DNA of 32,615 nucleotides from Craspedostauros australis (GCA_030167865.1 JALAGF010006212.1:1-32615); one strand, 5' to 3'. Numbered from the stretch's first letter, positions 22,235 to 32,615 are shown. Numbers and translations are program-made. The notes: a model not told the origin generated them from the letters alone.

Positions 22235-23713
22235 CTACAATGTCGACATCAAGAGTAGCACGGTCGGCACCAAACCAAGCAAATCGATCCTTGATCTGCT
22301 TTCAAAGTCCGAAACACCGCTTTCGTCGTCGTTGTTGTCATCGCTGTCGCCGTTGCCGGTCCCGTCTCCGCTGCTTCCGGTACTGTCACCTTCATTTTCC
22401 AACAGAGGACTCTCGAGAGCGAATTGTAACATTTGAACCTCCTCGGTTTCGAAGTTTCCGGAAGATGGGACACTGGGACATCTCTCAGAACCATCGCAGC
22501 AGCCACACGAGTCCGTCTCGAAACCCTTGTCGTCTGGGATGCAGATCGTTCTCTTCACAGCTTCACCGTTCTGTGGATGAAACATGCCACGGCACTTGAA
22601 CACGCCTCGCTTGCCACCGCCGAGCCTACAAGACGTCGAAGCCTCAGTACCGCATCGTGGCGCATCCAGACCCAGCTGGGCTGGACAGGCATCGTTGCAG
22701 CAGCCACACGTGTCCAAGCTCGTTCCACCCTTTTCGGGATTGATGCACACGGATCTGCGCGTCCGCGAGCCGGTCAATGGATTGATGCGTTCACGACATG
22801 CGATGGTACCGTTCGTGTCTGGTTTGTTCCTGTCGCCTGGAATGGTGCACGTCACCAGTTCGTCGCTCTGACACTCAAAAGGGACTCTGGGTGGGCGTTC
22901 GAAGCGTTGGTTCTTGAGGCTGTCGGGACACACGCCATTGCAACAACCGCAAACGTCGTCTGCGAAGCCTCTGTTCTTTGGGATGGGGATGGTCATGCTG
23001 GCCTTGTCTCCCGTGTAGGGATTGTATAGTTCCCGACACACGATATCACGCATGGTGGTCTGCCCATTTCCGCCGTTGACACGGATATCGCCGCCGACAA
23101 GGTCACCATTGTTGCATTTGCTCATGATGAACTGGGACGTCTGCGGACAATCGTCAGCGCAGCATCCACAGGTATCCGAATGCCAGGCCCTTGAAGGGTC
23201 AATGCACATGGGAAAGGAGCGTGTCGTGTCGGCGTTGAAGGGGTCGTATCGCGTGCGGCAGACCAGGTGTCCGGCTTTCACCACGTTGTTGCCATTTCCA
23301 CCTGGACGTTTACTCCACTGCCGACGACGGTGTGCTGGCAGCAGGCATTCGTACTCGGCAGCTTTGCACGTGGAATCGACAAACTGCAAGCCTCTGTTGC
23401 CGTTGTTGTTGCGGAAGAAATCAAGCGGGTTGCGATTCTTGGATCGATTATCTCGGTTGCTGTTTCCTCCGCCCGCCCCATTACCTCCAGTGCCCGTGCT
23501 TCCACCACCACCAGTTCCAAAGACTCCACCGCCACTGCCTCCTCCAGTTTGTCCACCGCTTGTGCCGCCACGTCCACCACCTCTGCCAGCACGTGCAGCG
23601 GCGACGTCCATCATGGCCTCATCCTCATGTCCTTCGCTCCTGTGGCGTTGCGCATGACCTTGAGAGGTCAGCACAAGCGACACGCAGATCACCGCACACA
23701 GAATCGACTTCAT
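22235..23713 (-). CDS. Secreted, probably GPI-anchored cysteine-rich repeat protein (492 aa)
   Basis: Signal peptide MKSILCAVICVSLVLTSQG, Gly-rich tract, four repeats ending DxCGCCxxxCP, acidic Ser/Gly/Asp linker and hydrophobic C-terminus LLGLVPTVLLLMSTL. Confidence 0.85.
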   Translation of the reverse strand: MKSILCAVICVSLVLTSQGHAQRHRSEGHEDEAMMDVAAARAGRGGGRGGTSGGQTGGGSGGGVFGTGGGGSTGTGGNGAGGGNSNRDNRSKNRNPLDFFRNNNGNRGLQFVDSTCKAAEYECLLPAHRRRQWSKRPGGNGNNVVKAGHLVCRTRYDPFNADTTRSFPMCIDPSRAWHSDTCGCCADDCPQTSQFIMSKCNNGDLVGGDIRVNGGNGQTTMRDIVCRELYNPYTGDKASMTIPIPKNRGFADDVCGCCNGVCPDSLKNQRFERPPRVPFECQSDELVTCTIPGDRNKPDTNGTIACRERINPLTGSRTRRSVCINPEKGGTSLDTCGCCNDACPAQLGLDAPRCGTEASTSCRLGGGKRGVFKCRGMFHPQNGEAVKRTICIPDDKGFETDSCGCCDGSERCPSVPSSGNFETEEVQMLQFALESPLLENEGDSTGSSGDGTGNGDSDDNNDDESGVSDFESRSRIDLLGLVPTVLLLMSTL

Positions 23714-24122
23714 GATGGCTCATGCGATGGTTGCGGATGGATGGTGATAGGGAATGTGAGGTGGGAACAGATCGACGACTTTCTGATACCACAACAGACA
23801 GAGACAGACAGAGCTGCAAGAACAAACGCCAAAGGAAGAAAAAGTGTGCGCAGAAGTTGTGACGAACAAACACAGAGGATTTGTGAAGAGAAAGAGAAAA
23901 AGGCCAAAACCGTTCCAACCGCCAAATGACCAAACAATGACCTCGCTCACGTCGAATAGTATCGAGTCGATGCGACCCATCATTTCTCCGAAGCCACGAA
24001 TCACAGGTTTCGGCGAAATCGAACAAGCTCAGAAAAAGAGATCTTTCCACCCCAACCAAGCCATCAACACCATCAACATCATCAACACATCTGTGATCTT
24101 CGTGGTTGTGACTGAGATCGGA

Positions 24123-24186
24123 GTTGCGTTGCGTTGCGTTGCGTTGCGTTGCGTTGCGTTGCGTTGCGTTGCGTTGCGTTGCGTTG
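24123..24186. repeat. (GTTGC)12 microsatellite
   Basis: Twelve perfect units plus a partial one, between the divergent Cys-repeat and fabI loci. Confidence 0.95.
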
Positions 24187-24306
24187 GATATGGTTACAAG
24201 CGTGATCATCTCCAATGGAGACCACATCACGAAGCATTCCAGATGAGAGAGTCGCTCTGCATCCGAAACTACATCCGCAACTCTCTCATGAGAGCACACC
24301 ACCACA

Positions 24307-25175
24307 ATGAGCATCCAACAAGCTCAACGACCGCTCGCATTGGTCTTGGGGGTTGCGAATGCCAGATCCATTGCATGGAACTGCGTCCGCTCCTTCCTCA
24401 ACAACAACTACGATGTCATCCTCACGTATCAGAATGAAAAGATCGGCACCAAGGTGGAACGGATGATGCACAAGCACATCGAACAGCAGCAACAACAACA
24501 TGATACACAACAGCAACATGATACACAACAGCAACACCAACACCAACAACATCCATCATTGACAGGCCTCATCTGCGATGTCCAACACGATATCCCAAAA
24601 CTCTTTCAACACGTGTCACAACACCATCGTCCATTGCATGCCATCGTGCATTCCGTGGCATTTGCCAACAACCTGCACCGACCCTTGCTGAATACCACCT
24701 TGGAAGACTACTGTATCAAGAGGCCCACGCCATCTCAGCATACTCCCTCATCGAACTGGCACGACACGCACAGCCTCACATGGAACACCACTCCAGCATC
24801 ACAGCCTTGACGTACTTGGGATCAGTGCACGCCATCCCATCGTATCATGTCATGGGACCGGCCAAGGCCAGCCTGGAATCCATCGTGCGCGGTCTGGCAC
24901 TGGAGATGGCACCTGTGCTTGTCAACATGGTCAGCGCGGGTCCCTTGAACACGGTGGTGGCCAAGGGTGGCATCACCAAGTTTGGAGCAATGCGACAGGA
25001 GATGCAGGAGCGTGCACCGTTGGGAAATGTGACAGCGGATGAGGTTGCGGACATGGTGTCATTCTTGTTGATGGGTGGGACAGGCATCACAGGTCAGACG
25101 ATCTATGTGGATGGCAGGTACAGCATCGTTGGTGGTCCGGCAGTTGATGGTCCAGCGGTGGATTCTGATTTGTAG
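24307..25175 (+). pseudogene. fabI: Enoyl-ACP reductase (bacterial FabI type), frameshifted near 24712-24722
   Basis: First frame: LVLGVANARSIAW, LTYQ, CDV, IVHSVAFA. Second frame: AHAISAYSLIELAR, LTYLGS, YHVMGPAKASLE, SAGPLNT, ITGQTIYVDG. There is no room for an intron at the shift. A sequencing error remains possible. Confidence 0.75.
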
Positions 25176-25183
25176 AGTGTCGT

Positions 25184-25260
25184 AGAATGGAATGTCGTAG
25201 AATGGCATGGCATAACATGGCATGGAATAGAATAGAATAGAGCAGAGTGGATTAGAGTGG
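25184..25260. repeat. Degenerate pentanucleotide tract (GAATG/GCATG/GAATA)
   Basis: 5-nt periodicity directly after the fabI stop codon. Confidence 0.7.
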
Positions 25261-25874
25261 ACAGAGTCGATTGTGTGGACTGATGCAGTACGAGTCGATG
25301 TGTGTGTTTGGAGTACTCTGCTGCATTGGTCCATGTGCTTGTAGATATGGAGCTGCATTGGATTGTGTTGTGTTGTATTGCAGAGTGTGTTATAGTGTAG
25401 TACAATTGTATTCTAAATGAGCGAGCATTGCACCCGGTCCCAGCACTGTCGCCTCGAGTGGATGACTCCTCCGTGAGCCAGAACGAAACCGAACGATCCT
25501 GGATTCTATTCTGTCGTGCTCTCTCTCCTGTTTGGTACTGGTTCTATAGAACCATTCAGCGAAGTCGAGTATTATTCTGCGGATTTGAGATACTGAAACG
25601 TGATATTTTTAGACATCAATTTTTCGTCTTGTCCATTAGGGTTAGATATATTTAGCTAGCTTCTACGACACAAATACATGGCTGGCTTGTCCTCACCGTC
25701 GACGAAAATGATGACGTCATCGACGGTCGATGCCAGACTGAGATGGTATCCAGCAGCCTCGATGGTGATGTTGTGAAAGGTTCAGTGTCACGTTCATTCC
25801 TTGCGTTGTCGATGGTTTGGCTCTGGTGTGCGTTACCTCCTTTGTGCGTGGGATGTCAAACAGCACAGTGTTGG

Positions 25875-26497
25875 TGGTGGCATCCCTACACGTCCACTTC
25901 CACGTTCATGGCAATAGCAACACTTGCGAATATGACACAACATAATATTATATCATATNGTATCATATAANAATANAGTATTGTGTTATGGAGCATAACA
26001 CCAGGGACCAGGAAAACAAACACAGTAGAAACATGTAAAGATAGTATTCTACAAAATGAATGCAAACACCGAAACCGCACCGACGTCAACGGGTGTCAAC
26101 CATAGAAAAGATACAGAAGTGAGGCCAACAGCAGCAACAATGGCAGGCAAAGCAATGGTAAATCATAAGGAGACTGCCAACGGCATNNNNNNNNNNNNNN
26201 NNNNNNNNNNNNNNNNNNNNNNNNNNNNNNNNNNNNTGGTGGCATCCCTACACGTCCACTTCCACGTTCATGGCAATAGCAACACTTGCGAATATGACAC
26301 AACATAATATTATATCATATGGTATCATATAAAAATATAGTATTGTGTTATGGAGCATAACACCAGGGACCAGGAAAACAAACACAGTAGAAACATGTAA
26401 AGATAGTATTCTACAAAATGAATGCAAACACCGAAACCGCACCGACGTCAACGGGTGTCAACCATAGAAAAGATACAGAAGTGAGGCCAACAGCAGC
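25875..26497 (+). repeat. Identical 261-nt direct duplication (25875-26135 = 26237-26497) around an N gap
   Basis: Offset 362 nt, identical apart from Ns. The second copy is bounded by gaps on both sides, so this is probably an assembly artefact. Confidence 0.8.
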
Positions 26498-28840
26498 NNN
26501 NNNNNNNNNNNNNNNNNNNNNNNNNNNNNNNNNNNNNNNNNNNNNNNNNNNNNNNNNNNNACAGTCACAAACAAGGGCTGTCAAGACCATGCCAAGGAAG
26601 GCTGGGAGCAAGAAACGGGATAAGATGCTGACACTTGTGGAAGGAGAAAACAAGGAAGGAGTCTCCACTGCGCGTAAGACAACGACAAGCATGTGGAAAT
26701 CTCTGCCAGCAGAAATCCACAAGGTAGCTGTTTTGTTCTCCTACCGTGAAGTGATGGCAGAGGAAGGCAGGTTGATCCATATCCTGGTGAAAGGGATGAT
26801 GAATCAACGATAAAGGTGAACCAGGAAGGCGACTGCAAAAACAGGACACACCATCCCGGTGCAGGAAGTGCAGGTGTTCATCAGCATGGCCATCGATGGA
26901 AGAAAAGAAAAATTTGGTGTGGCACAAGTGCCCAAAACAGACGAACGACGACAGCAGATCCAACAACTTGCTGCTGACTTGAGCATGACAGATCCAAACA
27001 TGGTGCTGAAAGACATGATGATTCCCAATTCAGGAGGGCTCCTGAGGAAGACTGAGATCACCATTGTTCAGAGAGCGGCTGTGAATGTGTTGGGGTCACG
27101 GTACCCAGACATCACGTTCGTTCCCCAAGGCAAAGATGCAGTAATGGGGGAAACCGAAAGCAGCATGATGAGCACAACTGCAGAAGGGAGCAGAAAGAAG
27201 GGAAAGATGGGAGATAGCAACATCGTCCAACCAAGAAACCCCAAGCAGAAGAAAATCAAATTCATGACCAGCACACCAACTGTGATAGAGGTGGAGGGAC
27301 AGCGTTTGGCAAAGGCGATGGAGCACAACACAAGTAGTGAGAGTGAGGAGTCAGACAAAGATGAGGAGTCATGCAAGAGTGAAGGGAGCACAAGCAGTGC
27401 GAAAACGGATGAAGACAGTGATAGCAATGCATCCGTGGAGAGCAAGACCACGCATACGCTGAAGAAAGGCATGGTAGTGAAGAGATTTGACATGACAGTA
27501 CTGGTCAAATCAGGCGGCAATCCAGTGAAGAGGTATCTGAAGCCACTTAACAATGGCTAGGGGCGCTCAAGGATCACGCCGACACGATCTTCCTCATGGT
27601 GTGGAAGGTGCAAGACACCACTGAGGTGATCAGCAAAGCCAACCAATTTCCATCAACTGAGAAGGAGCTGATGGTGTACGTGAGCAGGATGAAGGCAACA
27701 TTGAATGGTCGAACAGTGGCGGCACAAGTGCGTATTGCTATGACATGTGATCCAAAGGACATCATGTCAAAGTCAGGATTGCAGCTGAGTTTCTTCTACC
27801 AGTCGACTGGACAGACTCTGTACAAGAGACTGCTGGATGAAGAGGAGTACACAAAGCAAATTGGAATGCTCACCTACATGGGGAACTTTTCCAATGGACC
27901 TGCTATATATGCCATCATCAACAAGCGTCTGAAGGCTGCAGGAGTCGAAGGCGAAGTTGGGGGAAGAGTCAGGGCGGACAGAATGATCAGCCAGGAATGG
28001 CAAGATGCTCATAAAGCTATGGGGAGGAGTTTCAAGGTGCAACCTTGGCAAGCTCTCAGGCTTGNNNNNNNNNNNNNNNNNNNNNNNNNNNNNNNNNNNN
28101 NNNNNNNNNNNNNNNNNNNNNNNNNNNNNNNNNNNNNNNNNNNNNNNNNNNNNNNNNNNNNNNNNNNNNNNNNNNNNNNNNNNNNNNNNNNNNNNNNNNN
28201 NNNNNNNNNNNGATTCATCCCCCATCCAATGGCAATGACGTTGGGCCCAGATGGAGTGGCAGCCATGAAGAAGATGCTACGGAAACACAAAGTGGGAATG
28301 GGAAGGATGATGGAACTGCAAATCAGAGGGGTCAAAGACCTTGATGAGCTGGACACGACGGATTCAAGGAANCACTGAGATCAAACCTTGCCAATCAGGT
28401 GCATCTGATCACAAAGAGGCCGGTGTTTATCCACGTTGACAAGCAGGAGGTGCCCTGGAATGGCAAGACCNACATCGCCTACGCATACATGCTCCCAGAG
28501 CATCTAGTGAGGGCAGAGGCGATCGTAAACACCCTGGCAGCGAGGTGCACATGGGAAGTGGGAGCCACCAGCGCGAACTGGTTCACTCCAACTGAGCAAG
28601 CCAAGGTGCATCAGGTGCAGTACGACAAAGAGACTGGGAAGTACATGGTGCTCCAGATCGAATCGATGTTGATGGTGGCAGACAACTTTCCGGATGTCGA
28701 CATCAAAGGACTCGAAGTGGTGGAAGGATTGTCATTTCGACTGCTGGCGCTTGACGACAAAAGTGCATACTCGTTCACGACGCACACCAGTCGAAAAGGG
28801 ACGGCGCTCGACAAGCCTATCAAGTCGGTCATGAAGCGAC
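26056..28840 (+). pseudogene. Retrotransposon ORF1 remnant
   Basis: Chain of same-strand Lys/Glu-rich ORF pieces (26056, 26418, 26859, 27596, 28399) broken by stops, shifts and gaps, lying upstream of the ORF2 remnants. No catalytic motif recognised. Confidence 0.6.
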
Positions 28841-28849
28841 GCATGGTGG

Positions 28850-31800
28850 AGGCTCCAGTGAGCATCCTACCAGGCCGTGGCGACAAGTGCAGGTATGATG
28901 CGAATCTTCCAGGTGGTAGGAAGCAAGTGGTCAATGGTGGTTCCACAGTCGTGGTGGGCAAGTGTGGCCGAATGAGCATCTGCAGCACAGCTGGAAGTGC
29001 AAACGGTGGAGGATCTGATACAACCAAGGAGGCAGGGTGATCGCCCAATAATGGAAGCCATTGTGGAGCTGTTTAACAGGGAGGAAATGCGACATGTGAA
29101 TCTGTGTCGAAGGTCAATGAAGTTGTTCTGGATGTCTGAGATCGTTTCGGCGGACAGAACAGGCATTCTGAAGGCGGTCCTTGAAGATGATGGAGCGATG
29201 GTGGAAGCCAGTGAAGTGAACGTGCCTAGAGTTGGGCGGCTCAAGNAAGCGTATTGGGCAACATGGAGGTCCAAGCTCAAGGAGATGCTGGGTCGGAATA
29301 GCGTGCTTCAGGATCGTTTACGGCTGGGCAAGTGGAGCAAGACAGGCAGTGCAACCTCCATGAGGTAGAATGAGCAAACTGGGAGGCTTCAGGTCCATGG
29401 CGATGGATGGATGGAATGGAGGGAGGTTCCAATGAAGTCAAGAAGGAAGCTGCTTTGGCAAGTGCCGGGAGTGGTGGGAAATGGAGAAGGGTCCCTTTGN
29501 NNNNNNNNNNNNNNNNNNNNNNNNNNNNNNNNNNNNNNNNNNNNNNNNNTACAAGCAAGGAGATGGCATACTGATGCTGGCAGTTGGCGAATGGGATGAT
29601 ACCGTGGTGGCAGATACCCAGGGGATGGAGAATTTCTGGGAAGGTCTTGGCAAGGCCAAGTCATGGGCTGTGAAACACATCAGATGCGAGGTTGACTGGA
29701 GAGATATGGCCCAGAGTATACAAGAAGAGACAGCAGTCGGCAGAAGTGACAGATCTGCCAGAAATGGCAAGGGAATTGTCAACATCTAGGTCGGAATTTA
29801 GGCTAACATCACACATGACTGGAACGTGATTCGACTCGATTGATAGTATAGTCGAATGAGTCTTGATGATGCGAATGGTGTTCGGGTTCTATTGTCATCA
29901 GATNNNNNNNNNNNNNNNNNNNNNNNNNNNNNNNNNNNNNNNNNNNNNNNNNNNTCCGAGGAATCAAGAATAAGTGATAGTCATGGTATGCTGACTTGTC
30001 TAGTGACGCCAGGTGCATCAGTGAGCACGTGGTAACAACAATTAGGAAATAGTCTTGTGATGTCAGGGATGATGCAAGCAATCTACTGACGTCGACGGTT
30101 AGGATATATGAGTCCTATGGGATTCTAAGACCAGCCAAGACCAGGCAAGATTAGACAAGATCAGACAGAGATGTAGAAAGACCCAAGAGGAGAAATAACA
30201 CGAGTTACTGCGCAAAGCAGACAACATCCTTGGGCAACAAAGTAGACAATATGCACGATGTAACACGAAGACATCGAGCAGATCAGTAGGAAGACCTGAT
30301 GATGAATCAGGCAAGATCGTAGAAATGGTGCATGAATGCATCAGATTAGGATGAGTGAGATCTTGTGCTCACAATTCACACTCAATCATCAATTGACACA
30401 CTAACTTAGCAACAACCAAATACACCAAACATCTCCAACTTCACCTATTGGATTGATCACCCAGGCGGCGTCGTAAGTGCAGTGTTTGGTGCTCCCCTCT
30501 TGTCCTGTGTGTAATTGCTGATTATCAGGAATGGCGGCATGGGCGATGACCACTAATGAGACTCTGGAGGTGACAGTGTTTAGAACCTTTGAAGCTCCGC
30601 AGAGGGAGGGCCTGACATCGTCCCAGCGAGCGGAGTTGGCGAGAATCTACGGTGCGCCAATGAAGGTTTGGGAAATGGAGGAGAGGTTTGGACTACAAGA
30701 CGGACGGGGGCGCTGAAGCTGTGACAACCTGAAAGCCCTGAAGGTGCTGGAGTGGGTACATGAACCGGATCTGGCGAGTCCTGGTCACGACATGATGGTG
30801 GCTGCCATGAGGGGCCGAAGCCAGCTGAGTACAACGCTTGTGGGACGACACGTGAGTGGGCATCAGGACGAGCACAAGAAGCCTGACAAACTTGATGTGT
30901 GGGAGCATATGAATGTCATTACGGACCAGATCGCAGTACAGCAATGACGAATGCTCGAAGAGGGCGATGCGTGGAGCTCTCACCAGAACACAGGGACGTG
31001 ATTGTGGCACATTGCAAGACAAGGCGTTCGCAGGTCGAGCATCACATATGTCAGTGTTGTTGGAGATGTGGTGGAGGCGAACATGGCGAGGGTCAGGGTG
31101 GAGCGAGGCATGAAGGTGATTGGTTGTGATGCCAACAAAGCGTGCAACGACGGGTGGCGGGCAAGCTCACCAATACACAGAGGGTGCTCACCATGGAGCT
31201 CACAATACAGGAGGTGGCTGTGGGAATGCAGATGGTTTGGTAGAAGGCAAGGACGAGTGACAGCTGCCCCAGGTGCGGCAAGATGGAAACTCATGGCCAC
31301 CTCTGGGTCTGCTGCTCACTGGAATTGATGGCATTTTGGAAAGTGCAGCGGAAACGGCTGAGGATCACGATGTGGAAGATGCCAACTCATCCTGCCATTG
31401 CGAAAATAGGGTTGAGCAATGTCAAGCAAGTGTTGAGAGGGCTGGGACCTGTTGGACGCATATGCACAAACTGGGCTGAGGCAAAGCTGATGGACAATCA
31501 ACAGGAGGCAGGATGGGATTGGCTGGTCACNGGCGTGATCGTGGGGTCATGGACCGAGTTACAGGAGCAGTACTACGCGCAAATCGGTCGGAGGCTGTCC
31601 ACAGCAAGGTGGGCGGCACGGATCGTGCGCAAGCTCTGGAAGGTGGCATGGGAGCATTGGCACCAATGCAATCAGGCGATGCATTGCACTGATGAGGGGC
31701 CAGAGGCTCACATGAGGCAGGTGTTGCAAGACTACAGCTCAACCCTGCAAGACGCAGTGCAACTACGAGGGCCAAGCATGGTTATGTGGGCCTGACTACA

Positions 31801-31930
31801 GCTGTCAGGCAAAGGAGCCACAGCTATGGGAACGGTCGCAGTATGGTTTGGACAAGTGCACCGAGTGCTGCAGATACCAGGCAATAAAGTTCCTGTTGAA
31901 GTCCGAACTTGGCTCCGCCGATGTCGGTAG
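28850..31930 (+). pseudogene. Retrotransposon ORF2 3' remnant: linker, RNase H (split by solo LTR), CCHC finger, C-terminal domain
   Basis: RNase H motifs AVGRSDRSARNGKG|MAAW, SSQRAEL, CDNLKAL, RHVSGHQD and NVITDQIA; CPRCGKMETHGHLWVC at ~31265; QQEAGWDWLV.G...W...WAARIVRKLWKVAWEHWHQCN. Multiple stops and frameshifts. Confidence 0.8.
29777..30527. mobile_element. Solo LTR (probably Ty1/copia type) with 5-bp target-site duplication GGAAT
   Basis: Starts TGTCAACA and ends TTATCA, with GGAAT at 29772-29776 and 30528-30532. Excision restores the in-frame NGKGMAAW of RNase H. Contains one N gap. Confidence 0.85.
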
Positions 31931-32615
31931 CTGGCCATCGTGAACAAGGCTGTCCCTAGATTTTCCTGTGTGAGTACGCAAATACATACACCTTACATAT
32001 TACCAGAGAGCCACGAATAGTGGAGAGCAGGATAGGTGGAGGCTGTCGTGATCCCCTGAGCGTGCATACATATTGACTTGATAGCCATTCTGCCTTGTGC
32101 CCTACATGAGATAAAAGCGGGTGGCATAAAAAAGTTTACGGCGCAGGCTGGGCACACACTAATAAGATTAATCCATGGGTTATATATAGTGCAATGAAGC
32201 ACAGTGACTTATCCTTTGGTATGAAAAATATATTTTATTGAACACTTAGGTTTGTTTGTAAATACAAAGTCCTGCTGAACCTGCTTTGCTCNNNNNNNNN
32301 NNNNNNNNNNNNNNNNNNNNNNNNNNNNNNNNNNNNNNNNNNNNNNNNNNNNNNNNNNNNNNNNNTTTTACTTGTTGTTTCTGGTGTTGTGATGTGAGTG
32401 CTTGCAGGTTCACTGACACTGAAACAAGAAGTTGAGAGGAGAGCAGATGAACAACAGCCAAAAGCCAACAATGACTGTTCGCGACGACCAGCAGAGAGGA
32501 GGTCCAAGCACACAGGCAGGGAATAGACCTAAAGCAAGGACGAGGCTGTACAATTGAGTGGGTACATGGAGGGAAGGCAATGTGTGCTGAATGGGACGTG
32601 GACGAAGCTCAACCT

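Larger units (their letters stand above)
25875..32187 (+). mobile_element. Degenerate, internally deleted non-LTR retrotransposon with RNase H (Ambal-like, clade inferred); 5' boundary approximate
   Basis: Broken ORF1 (26056-~28840), post-RT linker (QPRRQGDRPIM...VNLCRRSMKLFWMSEIVSAD), RNase H motifs, CPRCGKMETHGHLWVC finger, Trp-rich C-terminus, and a 3' terminus matching the element at 1-857. Several N gaps; purine-rich and CpG-poor. Confidence 0.8.

Noticed and set aside
4660..25175. A lipid-metabolism gene cluster (FAD4, INPP4, DGAT2, fabI)
   Set aside because: The genes act in different pathways and compartments and are interspersed with unrelated genes; there is no evidence for this without synteny data.
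25636..25645. TTAGGGTTAG telomere-like sequence
   Set aside because: Fewer than two repeat units, which is expected by chance.
25875..26497. Apparent tandem or terminal repeat at the element's 5' end
   Set aside because: The copies are identical and delimited by N gaps, which is best explained by scaffolding duplication. Long reads would decide.
25862..32206. AGCACAGTG at 25862-25870 and 32198-32206 as a TSD
   Set aside because: The right copy lies 10 nt beyond the homology-defined 3' end, and a 9-mer match can arise by chance given the uncertain 5' boundary.

Overview
Eukaryotic scaffold, most likely a diatom or related stramenopile. Support for this is a signal peptide plus 'VEA|FQTP' bipartite plastid presequence, a PSTALRE-type CDK, short GT-AG introns and pentanucleotide microsatellites. 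The central ~23 kb is gene-rich. It holds a membrane-anchored LRR protein, a FAD4-like desaturase, an INPP4-like CKSGKDRT phosphatase, an RVxF-motif protein, CDKA2 (8-nt first coding exon), DGAT2, an MtnB-MtnC fusion, a Nudix ADP-ribose pyrophosphatase and a secreted CGCC-repeat protein. Two divergent members of one non-LTR retrotransposon lineage flank this block. The left copy (1-857) shows only its 3' end and appears to sit antisense in the LRR gene's intron. The right copy (~25.9-32.2 kb) is decayed, retains ORF1, RNase H and a CCHC finger, lacks recognisable endonuclease and RT, and carries a solo LTR with a GGAAT target-site duplication. Both copies end in the same four-block 3'-terminal motif finishing in GTTATATAT, with no poly(A). 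A bacterial-type fabI beside the right element is frameshifted and shows CpG-deamination-type damage. All calls come from reading the sequence; no searches were run.
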